A stretch of 64,000 bases of DNA. It comes from Guillardia theta CCMP2712. Taxonomy: Eukaryota; Protista; Cryptophyta. The position numbers were made by a program, and so were the translations under genes. The DNA lies in assembly GCF_000315625.1 (NCBI RefSeq), contig NW_005434663.1, positions 333,643 through 397,642 on the forward strand, in the 5' to 3' direction. The notes under the pieces are model-generated. The model worked only from the letters and a program-made list of their open reading frames with translations, had not been told where the DNA came from and ran no database searches. This document shows, one piece after another, positions 50,912 to 62,939 of this stretch (its first letter is position 1; each line of letters starts with the position of its first letter).

Positions 50912-51132
50912 AAGGATGACTCGTCCCACGGCTATCAGCGCGTGTCCATCACCCTCGGGCTGAGCCAGGCAGCCAAGGAAGGGAGCGGGCAGGCGATGAC
51001 GGGGTTCTTCGTGTACGCGAGCAAGAGGCTGCTCATCCCATTCCTTCAGCTCTCTGTCCAGAAAGATCGGGTTGGTCGAGGCGTCATCGGCCTCATTGAG
51101 ATGGAACATGTCTTCTCCTTCACAATGACAAA
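50912..51132 (+). CDS. Exon of a MORC-family protein (S5-like domain), partial
   Basis: VSITLGL...TGFFVYASKRLLIPF...VGRGVIGLIEMEHVFSFTMTK resembles the MORC motif GxxVYHKNRLI...GxGVVGVxE...PxHxKQ. Confidence 0.55.
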
Positions 51133-51668
51133 GGTCTGTCACTCCCCTGAGGGATCCCTTCTTCCTCCCTCCCTCCCTCCGTACCAACCCCCTCCCTCCT
51201 TCCATTTCTCAGACTCTCCCTGACTCTCTCTGCAGTGGGTTCTGGTAGGCAAGTTTGTCGAGCAGAGCATGTTCGGAATATCTCAAGGACCTCTTGGAGG
51301 AAGGGGCTGGGGATTTGACGGGGTCGAGCCCACGCTAGATCGCTCGCATTCCCTGTTCCCATTTCACAGCGTCGTAGAAAGCAGCTACGAGGGGAGGAGA
51401 GGGGAGGGGAGAGGAGAGGAGAGTAGAGGAGAGTGGAGAGAAGAGGAGAGGAGAGAAGAGTAGAGGAGAGTGGAGAGGAGAGGAGAGGAGAGGAGAGGAA
51501 ATAAGAGTGGAGAGGAGAGTGGAGAGGAGAGTGGAGAGGAGAGGAGGTAAAAGGGACGAGAATTCAGGGGATGAAGAGAGAGAAAGAAGAGCAAGAGGGG
51601 AAGGAAAGGAGGGGAGGAGGAGGAGAGGAGAAGAAGGTCAGGCATCAGCGGGTACAACATGCAACACC

Positions 51669-52620
51669 TCACTGGTAGGTCAGAGGGCCATGTTGCATCA
51701 TCCTCGTAACCATGTTCCCCTCTAAGATCGCTGGAGCTTGCGTGTTCTTCCTCCTCTTCTGCTCGCAGACTGTTACTCCTTCCCCACCCTCCTCCGCCCC
51801 TCCTCCTTTCTGTCCTCCTCCTCCATCTCCCCTTTCCCTCCTCATTCGACCCCTCTCCCTTCCTCCTCTCCTTCCTTTAGCAGGACTGACCTCGAAATCC
51901 GCCATGGCGGCGTTAACGTTCACCCCGAAGCTCGCCTGCCTCACGGTTAACTGCTCCTCCCTCCCCTCTCCCTCCTCCTCCAGCCTACCTGTGCCTCTCC
52001 CTGCGCAGCCGCATTCGCTTCCTGGGGATCGCTTGCTCAATCGCTCTCCTCCTGCTCCTGCTCCTGCTCCTGCTCCTCCCTCACCTTGGGGCCCTTCTTC
52101 TTGCCAAAGGACGAGAACAGTCCAGACTTCCCTGAATCCTGCACGAGCATCAGCATGCAGAAAACTCCTCTTCCACTCCCCGTTCCTTGTCCCAATCCCT
52201 CCTCCCCACGCGCATCTCTCCTCTCCCCTCCTCTTCGTTCCACTGCTCCTCCTCGCCCTGATACCGTGATACTCCCTCTATGTACTTTTGCTCTCCTCTT
52301 CCCTCCTCTCCTCCTCCCCTCCTCTCCTCCTTCCCATCATCACCTTCATCTCCTCGATGTTTGCCCTCCCTTGTACCGACTCAACCTTCTGTGCCCTCCT
52401 CGGCGCCTGCCACGTCTCAGTCCAGCACCGGCTGCCTCTTCTCCTACCGAGAAGGACGAAGAATCCGCTGGCGTCCCCATCGACCCCTCCCATGAACGTC
52501 AGCAGCAGACATTCTTCTCTCTTCTGCCTCACCCGCAGGTCTCGCATCTCACTCTGCTTGCTCTGCATCTTCACTGCCAGCGCCAGCGCTCGATCCATCG
52601 CCTCCTTCTCCCTCTGCTTC
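51669..52620 (-). CDS. Exons of an unidentified minus-strand gene (possibly the 3' end of the kinase gene)
   Basis: Exon-like islands MDRALALAVKMQSKQSEMRDL, GKSGLFSSFGKKKGPK and ASFGVNVNAAMADFE between purine-tract introns. Confidence 0.35.
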
Positions 52621-52713
52621 TCCCTTCCAATCCCCCGTCATCCCTCCTGCTCCCTGCTCCCCATCCCCTTCCTCTCTAGCCCCCCCCCTCCGCTCTCCCT
52701 CTCTCTCTCTCTC

Positions 52714-52813
52714 NNNNNNNNNNNNNNNNNNNNNNNNNNNNNNNNNNNNNNNNNNNNNNNNNNNNNNNNNNNNNNNNNNNNNNNNNNNNNNNNNNNNNNN
52801 NNNNNNNNNNNNN
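52714..52813. other. Assembly gap (100 N)
   Basis: N run. Confidence 1.
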
Positions 52814-52849
52814 GAATTGTTTTTGAACGAGAAGAGAAATCACCTGGCC

Positions 52850-55800
52850 CTGTAAGGAGGACCACTGCACTTGTCTCGCTGACTCCTTCACATCGGCTCC
52901 TGTCACGCTCTCCCATGCAACTACCGGCTGCTGCAGAAATAGGAAAAGTAAATCTCCTCCTCCTCCTCCTCCTCCTCCTCCTCCTCCTCCTCCTCCTCCT
53001 CCTCCTCCTCCGCTTTCCCCTCGTCCCCCCCCTTCTTTCGCACTACAGGCTCCAGCTCCTGCCTCCCGCCACCTATCCGCCTGCTGTGCATACAGGAGCA
53101 ATCTTCTTCTGAAATCTCACGACTCCAATCTTCTTTTCTTCGTCTTCGCCCTTCAATGCTGTCAGCATGCCGACTGACGAACCCCCATGCCTTCTTCTCC
53201 TCCTACCTTGACAAAGTTGACCGGAGGCTTCTGCTTGCCCAGCTCCCCCTCCCTGTCCTCCCTGTCCTCCCTGTCCTCCTCTTCGCAGTTCCTGGCCTCC
53301 TGATTTTTCATCCTGCTTTCCAAATTTCCTTTTGCAACTCCCGCAGGAGGGATGAAAGCTTCTTCTTTCTCTTCCCTCCTGTTTCAAGGTCACAGGGCTG
53401 GTCCAGATCAAGAGGAGAGGAGGCAGAGGACGGGGAAAGAGAAGGCGGTGACCGGACAAGGGGAGGGGGAATAGAGGAGGAGGAAAATGTTGGCGAAGGG
53501 CGGGAGGATCGCAAAGTGGAGGAGGAGGAGGAGGAGGAGGAGGAGGAGGAGGAGGAGGAGGAGGAGGAGGAGGAGGAGGAGGAAGTGGGGGTAGAGGAGG
53601 AGGAAGAGAAGGTGGTGGTGGTAGAGGAGGAGGTCGTGGAGGAGGAGGACCGAGTTGGCCTTTGTTCGTCCTCATCGATAACTGCCTTTTCCTCCTCAGC
53701 TGCTTGTGAAGTTACAATCTGAGAAGTCGAGAGATGGACCAAAGGAGGAGAAAACAAGAAATTGCTACGGCAGAGAAGACAAAAAGGAGCGAAGGAGAAA
53801 GTCGGGGAAGAGGAGCGGCCAAGAGGAATAACCAAGAGGACGGAAGAAGAGGGACAGGAAAACGAAGAGCAGAGAGAGAGAAACAATGAAGGGATAGTGG
53901 GGAACACGGAGGAAAAGAGAAGGGAAGAGTCTTGGGAAAGAAAAATAGGATAGTGGGAGGAGGGGACATGACTCTGATAAGTGGAGGAGGAGGAGAAGAG
54001 AAAGGAGGAGATGCGAAGAGAAGGGGGAGGTCGATGGAACCTTGCCGGATGACTTCATCAAACGCAGAGCGAACGGCTCCTGTGTTGGGCGGTTCGGGTC
54101 GATACTCCTCGTGATACTGCGGGGAACTGAACCAGACAAGCGCGTCAACGAGCATGCAATGACTCATCAAGAGAAGGAGGAGGAGGAGAGGGAAGAGGCC
54201 GGAAAGGGATGGAGGAGGAGGGAGGGAATGAAGAGGAGGAGGAAGGGGAGGAGGAGGAGGAAGTGAAGCACAGGGAGGATTGGGGGTAAAATGGGCTGGA
54301 GGAGGGAGGAACAGGGAGGAGGGCAAGGGAGGGCGGGGAAAGCCTTACTCATCCGTCGTCGTTTGAAAGAGATTGCTGACATTGGGCCAGAAGGATGAGG
54401 CAGCTGGAGCAGGAGGAGCAGCAGCGGGAGCAGAAGATTCATCTCCTCCTCCTCCTCCTCCTCCTCGATGTTCTGGCGTCGTTTTGAGGATGCCGAAGAA
54501 GTCCACAGTTTGAATCCCTTGAATCAGGTTCGAGAACAGACTCTCGTCTGCTCAACTTCATCACACCCATTCTCTTGTTCTCTCGCTCTCTCGCTCCTCC
54601 TCCCCTCCTCTCCCTCGTTTCCTCCGCTCCCTCCCTCCCTCCCTCCCTCCCTCCCTCCCTCCCTCCCTCCCTCTCCTGCGTCTTCTCCGTCCTCTCCTCC
54701 CATCCTCTACCCTCTCACCGTTCTTAGCTGGCTCCTCGACCTCCTCCTGCTGCTGTTGCTCTACAAAATCGGGCACCTCCACGTCTGCCAACCGCCGCAC
54801 GGGAGTCTTCCGCTCTGCCTCCTCGTCAGCCCGAGCAAGCGCACACGAGCCGCACCATGAGCAGGAAGGGAGAAGCGGGACGACCCCTCCTGCTTCCTTT
54901 CTCCTTGAAAATGCTCCCTCCTCTGCTGCTCCAATTCCTCGTCTGTCTTCTTCGTCCAGCCCGCTCCTCCTTGTGCCAAGGCAGCCTGCGGGACGAGGAC
55001 AAAGGTTGGGGAATGAAAAAATGAAGAGGAGGAGAAGAGAGGAGGACGTATCACGCACGAGCCGCAGGATTCAAGAAACTCGCCTGCTCCTGCAGCAGCA
55101 TGTAGTTGCTGTACATTCCTCCTAGCCCAGCGTTCGCCTCACCTTGCCCGGAGTTCTCGATGTACTGCCAATACCAACACACTCATTGCGACATTGCCTC
55201 GTCCTCTTCCTCCCTCCTCATCCTCCTTCATTATCGTCCGTTCCTCCTTCACCATCGCTAACCTGCATGCATGTCGCCGCGTCTGGACGCTCTGCCGGCT
55301 CGGCGAGGAGCATGGAGGCGACAAGCTTGCGGAGGGAGAGCGAGAACTTGGCGGGGAGATCCTTTGGCTGCAGTGGATTCCGTTGAACCTGCCAAGAGCG
55401 ATACCGGCTGTCTTAGACTGATTTCCTTCTTGTCCCTCACCAAGTACACTGCCATCATCCCAGCCCCCCCAATTCTCCCGTCCTTCTCATCCTCCTCCTC
55501 CTCTCTCACCACCACATCCTCCTTCCAATCCAACCTTCCCCTCCCCCTCTTCCCGGATCATCATCAACCACCTGCATGGCGAGCATGCCTTGCCGCTCAA
55601 ACAGGAACTGCAACGTCATCATCTCCACCGCCAGGCATCCAACGCCCCAGATGTCAACGGAGGGCCCGTATCCCTCATACTGCAGTACCTGCCGCTGACT
55701 CATTCCAATCCTCCTTCTCCTTCTCCTTCCCCCCCATCTCCTTCTTTCCTCTAGTCCCCTCCCTTCGCCCCCGCCCTGTGTCTCCCCAAGTCTCCCCCTT

Positions 55801-56999
55801 CTACTCTCATCCCATCCCTCGCCTCCCCCCTCTCCCCTCGTCCCCCTCCCCTTCCCCCTCCCGCTCTCCCCTCGTTACTTCAGGGGCGATGTAAGACGGT
55901 GTACCAACACGCGATCGCACCTATGACGAAAGCAAGAAAACTTCAGAGCAAACAATTATCGCCACAAGCTCGTCAAGACATTCAACGTTCACTTGCCAGG
56001 TGCAGGAGGAGGATCGGGTGAGGAAGGTGAGGGGACAAGCAAGACATGACAAGGGACATGGAGGGCGGCAGACGAACGGAGGAGGAGGAGGTGGTGGTGG
56101 TGGTTGAAGAGGAGGAGGAGGAGGAGGTGGTGGTGGTGGTTGTGGTGGAGGAGGATTACTTTCCCGCTCGCAAGAGAGGTCGCCAGCCCGAAGTCTCCGA
56201 TCTTGAGATGTCCCTGTAGCCGTACCGTCATGGCCCGAGCCCCGAGATCTCCTGGCTCACTTGAGAGCTCATGAACACGTTGTGGGGCTTCAGATCTCGA
56301 TGGATCACCAGCTGAGAATGCAGCTGCAAAGTTTGTGTCATCTCCTCCTCACGCCTGCTCTCCTCTCTCCTCTCTCCTCTCTCTTTCCCCTCCGCTCTCC
56401 TCCCTCCCTCCCGCCCTCCTACCTTCTCAAGCGCTCCAAGCAGCTGAGCCACCCACGTGACGATAACGCCCTGTGGCAGACCCTCCCGCTGTCGCTCCCG
56501 CACCAGCGTGAGATGCTGAGCAAGGTCGCCCCTCGAGCAGTACTCCATCACCTAGCTCCAGTCACGCCCCACAGATGCTTCCAGCAGACATCCAGGAGGT
56601 AGCAGCGCAGCCGTACCGTACACACGGAGACAACTCCGTTGGACTCGTCCTGAGGGAAAACGTCGAGGTACTCCACCACGTTTGCGTGCTTGATCTCCTT
56701 GAGGACCTTCGCCTCCTGCCATCAACAGCGTTGAGCACGAGCATGAGCGCAGCGGGACTGAACGACCTTGAGGGCGTCCTTGGCATCTCCTTGAGAGAAG
56801 CAGAGCACACTCTTCAAGACGAAGAGGTTCCTGTCATTCTCAACATGTCGTACAAGGAACACTTGGCCCATCCCTCCCTCTCCGATCTTCTTCAGGATCT
56901 GTTGTAGCAGCTCAACACAACACACGCCGCCCCATCTTGATTCACCTTATAGTCTCCAGCCTGCGAGCCGATGGACAGCCGACCTGACATAGCCGCCAT
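52850..56999 (-). CDS. NEK/NIMA-like Ser/Thr protein kinase with a long low-complexity C-terminal tail
   Basis: KIGEGGMGQVFLV; FVLK; EAKVLKEIKHANVVEY; MEYCSRGDL; IHRDLKPHNVF; LKIGDFGLA; VGTPSYIAPE; DIWGVGC; AERPDA. Kinase domain spans about 55260-56999. 3' end uncertain. Confidence 0.9.
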
Positions 57000-57844
57000 C
57001 GAGGAGGTTCCTTGTCACTTTAAAAGCTCTTGGGATTTCCACTTCAGCCAAGGACGGAAGGACGCTTCCTTGATTCCCTGGGCCAAGGAGATCGCTTGTC
57101 CTTGCTTCTTCGCTTGCCTTCTCACCTTACCTAGAGGGCTATCCCCTTGATACGTCCCATCTCTTAGCAAGCATCGCCTCCTCGAACTGCTCGGCCTTGA
57201 CCTGCTGCGGGCCTTTTTGTCCTTAGTTGGTCTCCTATCGATCTTCTTCCTCGCCACTGTTCGACCTTCACATCATTCTCCTCAACTTTCTTGGTCTCTT
57301 CCAAGTCCTCTCGCAGTTTCTCTTCTCTGCCCTCCGTTTCCTCTTGTGCGCCTCCTACCTCGCCTTCTCCGACGCTCCCTCCAGCATAGACCCGAAAAGA
57401 GAAACTCCATCAGATCATTTAAAATTATCAAAATTGGGATAGCTGACTGGGTTTCATTGATTGTCTTCCGAACTACTAGCAAAGGACAAGCATGTAGAGT
57501 AAGCTTGCTTCAAGAGAGAGGATTCGAAAGATTTTAGTGCTTGAAGAGATCGGACTCAGTGAGGAGTCCGGGCTGAGAGGCTCTCGGAGTCCGCCGCCGG
57601 AGCAGCTGACCGGGCCCGGGCCCGATTCGAGGTCCACCCTGTAGGGCGGTAGCAACGAGAGATGCAACGGAAGAGGAGAGGTCATGTACAGAAAGTGTCG
57701 CATAGATAAGCAGTGATGGCAGGACTACGACAGGCTGGAGCAGGAGGTAGAGGTGACTCAATCTCTAGCCGCTAACTAAAGATACCAACTATAGAACCAA
57801 TCTCCCTCCAACCTTGATGGTCTGAATGATCTCAGTACTGCATT

Positions 57845-59362
57845 ATGACTCCTGAGTACTCAGAAGCCTCGTCTCGTCAGTCCAGCCATTATCTTGATGG
57901 AAGGTATGTCGTTGAGACGAGATTCCAAGCTGCGTTTGCTGACATGAGTCCTGGTAGGCAACGATCGCAGGCAAAATTTCTCAGGTCAGAAGTACAAGGA
58001 GTTCATCAGGTTTGGGTTAAAGTTGATTTTATCGGAATGATGATGCCTCGATCTTCACAGATCAAACTTCTCTGCTGAGACTGAGATGATTGGTAGAAGC
58101 TCAAGCTCAGCGCCAAGCACTCCCGAGAAAGAAAAGGCAGCCGCTTGACTTGGCCGTATGGTTGTTTGCAGTGGCACTGATCAGCCTTTCAGGGGGACGA
58201 GCACAAATCAAAGATGCAGACAATGAGTCCTGGCATGAATGATTTGAGAGAAAAGATACACAAAGAGCGGTAGCACGAAAGCTCTCTCATGCGCTTCCTG
58301 ACATCTTTCAACTTGATTTTGATCTGATCTTGTTCCAACCACCCCCATGAAGCCGTCAGCTCCTTCTTCTGGAGCAGAAGCTGAACAAAGGTCAAAATAC
58401 AGCCAAGGTGCTCTATGTGCTCAGCGACGATGAGACTCTGACATGTTTGACTAGCGAGAGGTGAGTGGAGATGATGAAGCTGCCTCCACGAAAGCAGACG
58501 GGGATTTCGATCGTTCGTATTCCGGATCATCTGATGACAAGGATCTGTGAGCATCAACCTTGTTCATCAGAGCTCTCGAACTTGACAGGCGCTCCCTGCA
58601 GCAGAGCAGCTGATTTGCCGCAATCGATGCAGAGCGCGCCCTCGAAAGCTGACATTCTTCTTCTTGCACAAGAGCAAAGCAGGATACGAAACACGTTGAT
58701 GAAACTTACAGAAGTCATCAGCAAGGTATTTAAGCATGGAGCTTTTAGCTTCCTGCTTGACATGATTTCTAGATTGAGAGTAGACAAGAATCAGACAAGA
58801 AGCTGGCAAAGAATGCAATGGACGCTGTCAAGACTCTTGAAAGTGACATCCAATCAGAACTCAAAAATCGCATGAAATCCAATGACAAAATAAGCATGTA
58901 TGGTTTGAAGACATGATATCCTACAAAAGCTTGACAACGATGCCTCCTGTATGTCTGAACATGCTCACCAGGTACGATAAAAAGATTCATGAGATGCAAG
59001 ATGCAATCGCACTCTTGAATGCTAGGAAACACTCTGAAGAGGCAGCCGTGGACAAGATCTCGTAAGAACGCCTCCTGCTTGAAATGCGATTGTGACGCTG
59101 TTGCAGAAATGAGGTTGCAGAGCTGAAAGACATGATCAAGTCTTTTCCTCTCGTTCACAATGAGAAGAAGAGGTACTTGATTGCGGTGCAGTTTGCGATT
59201 TGACAGCATGCCAATTTCTCCAGCAGCGAAGTACCAGTTAGTCAGGTTCCTGCACACCCGACGTCAACCAAGTCAAGCAAGCTCCTGCTCCTGACTGTTC
59301 TCACTCCTCTCGCTGTATTCGCCGTCTACCGGTACCGGAGTCTCCTTCATCAACCATCCTGA
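57845..59362 (+). CDS. Coiled-coil, tail-anchored membrane protein (start uncertain)
   Basis: Exons EQSRIRNTLMKLTEVISK, AMDAVKTLESDIQSELK, KIHEMQDAIALLN and EVAELKDMIK; ends SKLLLLTVLTPLAVFAVYRYRSLLHQPS*. Confidence 0.55.
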
Positions 59363-59487
59363 GGTGCTGGGCATCAGTGCTCCAGCCACAAGCCCTGGTG
59401 CATGGCCAAGACAGTGTCGTGTCAAGACAAAATGCTGTTTCTTATATACATGCAGATCTACTAACGGAAGGGCGGGAAGAGTACTTA

Positions 59488-60276
59488 TTAACATATCGCG
59501 ATGTAGTGTCTTCGAGGTGTGCTGTTTGCAGACAGCTGCGACTCGACACTCTCACTCCTCTCCAGCGTGCCGGGCTTGATAGAGCAGTAGGCGATAAACT
59601 TGTTGTACGGCACCTCCACCTCTGCCACCGCCTTGGCCTCCTCCGCCATCGCATCAGCTCGTCGGTGCAGCTCCTCCGCATACCAGTCGTACTCGCTCCT
59701 CTTCACGTAGAGCGTGAAGCTCAGCCGGTACAGAAACTCCAGCTCCAGCTGGTTGATCTCCCGCAGTGAGATGCCTCCGATGGCTGCCCAGCGCTTGTTG
59801 GAGACATAGTAGTCGTCGAGAAACTTGGATGCCGTCATCACCGCCAGCAGAAACAAGCGCTGGTAGTTGTCCAGGGTCAGGTACACCTGCGGATCCCGCT
59901 GCTTCAGTCGCTCCAGGTAGATCGCTCCTATCACCAGACAGCAAGGGCTCGCCCCGCTGTACCTCATGATCCTGTCTACGTAGGCTGCAGGCGTGATGAG
60001 CGGGCGAGGACCGCAGAAGGTGGGAAGCGACGCGCACTTGAAGTAGGCCTCAGTCGCGTTCACGGTCTCCTCCAGCATCGCCGCCATCACGGCCACGATT
60101 CTCTCTTGGGCGAGGGCATCCCTGAGCATGAGGTCCTTGAGGTCGTGGTGAAGCGTGTGGGTGCCATCGAAGTCCTGAGCGGCATCTGCAGGCGGCGGTC
60201 TGGCGGGCTCGTGGGGCTGGGGGCATTGAGCAGCGAGGTCTCTGGCCGAGGCTCTGGAGATGTTGGACTGGCACAT
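59488..60276 (-). CDS. PHO80/U(P)-type cyclin, copy A, intronless, 262 aa
   Basis: AYVDRIMRYSGASPCCLVIGAIYLERL...NYQRLFLLAVMTASKFLDDYYVSNKRWAAIGGISLREINQLELEFLYRLSFTLYV. Confidence 0.93.
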   Translation of the reverse strand: MCQSNISRASARDLAAQCPQPHEPARPPPADAAQDFDGTHTLHHDLKDLMLRDALAQERIVAVMAAMLEETVNATEAYFKCASLPTFCGPRPLITPAAYVDRIMRYSGASPCCLVIGAIYLERLKQRDPQVYLTLDNYQRLFLLAVMTASKFLDDYYVSNKRWAAIGGISLREINQLELEFLYRLSFTLYVKRSEYDWYAEELHRRADAMAEEAKAVAEVEVPYNKFIAYCSIKPGTLERSESVESQLSANSTPRRHYIAIC

Positions 60277-60915
60277 GATGGGTCGGGTCACTGTCATGTT
60301 GGAGAGACAGGGATGATGCAGATACAAGTAGGAGGAGGAGGGCATATGGAAGATAAGGGCTGCTTGCTCGTGAGCTACTACTAGGCGAGTGCTTGCACGA
60401 CGCACCAGGGGCGGGATTTCCATGTATATATCACAAAAGTTCGGTATCCGAATCTCCGATAAAGATCCCGCGAGAGGCATTACATGCAGCCAAGAAATGA
60501 AATAAGTAGAGTCAACCTGAAATTATGCGCAGAGAATTTAGGAAAACTTCTCCAAATATTTGTGTAGTTAGTGGTCGACGGAAATCTGCCGAGGCCTCCG
60601 GGTCACACTTCGGTATCTCAACCAAGTCCGATGCCTCACCGGAGTTGCGAGCGGATCCACAGGGCCGTAACTCCAATAACTCCTTGATACCAGTCACGTT
60701 ACCTGTTGACAGTCACTACAGTAGTAAAAAAGTTGCAGAGTCTTGACACGTGACTACTGTCCTCTACTCTCCTCTAATTGTCCTCTCACTGATTTGTAAC
60801 TTAACTTTGAGTAAACGTGTATGCGTTTCGGCACAGTGTGTGTGTGTTTCAAATCTGCAGCCCCGGGGGCGCCGGGCAGTGAGCCTGTAAGGCCTGCAAG
60901 TGTCTTCTTCGGAGG

Positions 60916-61115
60916 CTCATGGCCCTTCTCTCTCTCTCTCTCTCTCTCTCCGAGTCTGTGACTTTCAATTCCTGCTCTCGGCTCTCACCATCCCCGGGCT
61001 TCCTCTCGTAGCAACGCACAACGGAGCAACTCAGTGGTGCCCCTCATCCCACGAGTCATCCCGAGTCCCTCCCGCGGACGGCCGGGCCCACCGGGGCTGG
61101 CCCGGCGGGGCCCTG
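60916..61115. repeat. Dispersed repeat, copy 2 (homologous to 37507-37672)
   Basis: Same 33-bp core at 60999-61031 and collinear flanks. Confidence 0.85.
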
Positions 61116-61502
61116 TCGTCTCTGAATAGCATACCAACCGTTGAAGACTCTGCTGATCGGATAGGCTCTACTCGCCGTTTGGCCTGTGCGACAGTGTCAG
61201 GGTCAAGGCCCGCAGTCCTCGACTCTCCTGTCGGATTGTCCTCGTACTGATTTTCAACTTAACTTTGAGTAAAGAAAGCTCTACCGTACATGGCAACTGA
61301 CAATCATATGCCGGGGTACTGTCTGCATGCCATGTCGAAAAGTCTGACAAGTGTGGGACTTGACAGCACAAAGACAACCAAACAAAACAAAATACATCGC
61401 GCATACCAGGCTCAGACACATAGACAGTGTCGTGTTAAGACAAAATGCTGTTTCTTATATACATGCAGATCTACTAAAGCGGGAGGGCGGGAAGAGTACT
61501 TA

Positions 61503-62291
61503 TTAACATATCGCGATGTAGAGTCTTCGAGGTGTGCTGTTTGCAGACAGCTGCGACTCGACACTCTCACTCCTCTCCAGCGTGCCGGGCTTGATAGAGC
61601 AGTAGGCGATAAACTTGTTGTACGGCACCTCCACCTCTGCCACCGCCTTGGCCTCCTCCGCCATCGCATCAGCTCGTCGGTGCAGCTCCTCCGCATACCA
61701 GTCGTACTCGCTCCTCTTCACGTAGAGCGTGAAGCTCAGCCGGTACAGAAACTCCAGCTCCAGCTGGTTGATCTCCCGCAGTGAGATGCCTCCGATGGCT
61801 GCCCAGCGCTTGTTGGAGACATAGTAGTCGTCGAGAAACTTGGATGCCGTCATCACCGCCAGCAGAAATAAGCGCTGGTAGTTGTCCAGGGTCAGGTACA
61901 CCTGCGGATCCCGCTGCTTCAGTCGCTCCAGGTAGATCGCTCCTATCACCAGACAGCAAGGGCTCGCCCCGCTGTACCTCATGATCCTGTCTACGTAGGC
62001 TGCAGGCGTGATGAGCGGGCGAGGACCGCAGAAGGTGGGAAGCGACGCGCACTTGGAGAAGGCCTCGCTCGCGCTCACGGTCTCCTCCAGCATCGCCGCC
62101 ATCACGGCCACGATTCTCTCTTGGGCGAGGGCATCCCTGAGCATGAGGTCCTTGAGGTCGTGGTGAAGCGTGTGGGTGCCATCGAAGTCCTGAGCGGCAT
62201 CTGCAGGCGGCGGTCTGGCGGGCTCGTGGGGCTGGGGGCATTGAGCAGCGAGGTCTCTGGCCGAGGCTCTGGAGATGTTGGACTGGCACAT
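61503..62291 (-). CDS. PHO80/U(P)-type cyclin, copy B, intronless, 262 aa
   Basis: Near identical to copy A; differs at VSASEAFS vs VNATEAYF and RRLY vs RRHY. Confidence 0.93.
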   Translation of the reverse strand: MCQSNISRASARDLAAQCPQPHEPARPPPADAAQDFDGTHTLHHDLKDLMLRDALAQERIVAVMAAMLEETVSASEAFSKCASLPTFCGPRPLITPAAYVDRIMRYSGASPCCLVIGAIYLERLKQRDPQVYLTLDNYQRLFLLAVMTASKFLDDYYVSNKRWAAIGGISLREINQLELEFLYRLSFTLYVKRSEYDWYAEELHRRADAMAEEAKAVAEVEVPYNKFIAYCSIKPGTLERSESVESQLSANSTPRRLYIAIC

Positions 62292-62745
62292 GATGGGTGG
62301 AGTGCTGAGGGAGTGGGAGGTAGGACAGTGGGGTCAGGAGGAGATGTTTTTATCAGCCCTGTGCGGAGGTTCGGACTCCGAATCCCCGAAGTTCAAAGTG
62401 GGGTCATCATCATGTTTGGTTTCAAAATTATTTTGAATAATGCAACTCAAATTTCAATATCCAAAAAAGTATGTCATTCATTAGATCAATATCCGGATAA
62501 ATCTTTAACTCTTCGAAAATCTCGGGGCCCGGGGTTCCCGTTGTAGTAAAAATAACTTGCTTGCTGACAGAATAATGATTTATTATCACGAAAAATATTA
62601 TTATACAATAGCATCTTTACCGCTGAGATTGTAGGATTAAAATCAAGGTCTGGTAAAAGTCTCGCCTCGGTCGGAACTTCGGAACGGCCCGAGAGTGATG
62701 ATTCCGCGTCCACGTGCCGCAAGGCGGAACGTTTCCCTCATTATG

Positions 62746-62803
62746 TGTCCTCGTACTGATTTTTAACTTAACTTTGAGTAAGTTAAAAATCAGTACGAGG
62801 ACA
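62746..62803. repeat. Perfect 25-bp inverted repeat (8-nt loop); left arm also present at about 60779-60814 and 61238-61272
   Basis: TGTCCTCGTACTGATTTTTAACTTA-actttgag-TAAGTTAAAAATCAGTACGAGGACA. Confidence 0.92.
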
Positions 62804-62939
62804 ATCAGGGAGTTGCCGCGTGGGTCTTTGAACTTCCGCACCGGGCCGGGGAGTCTCGGCGTACACCTCCTTGGCGGAGCTTCATTACAGTCCCTCATGG
62901 AGTCACAAGTTTCCTCGGTTCTGCAGTATTCGAGCTAAC

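Noticed and set aside
57015-57480. Charged ORF pieces upstream of the kinase
   Set aside because: Could be a 5' extension or a small gene, but no consistent exon chain or motif could be supported.
60277-60480. 68-aa N-terminal extension of cyclin copy A
   Set aside because: Not shared with copy B; homology begins at MCQSN, so it is probably 5' UTR or promoter.
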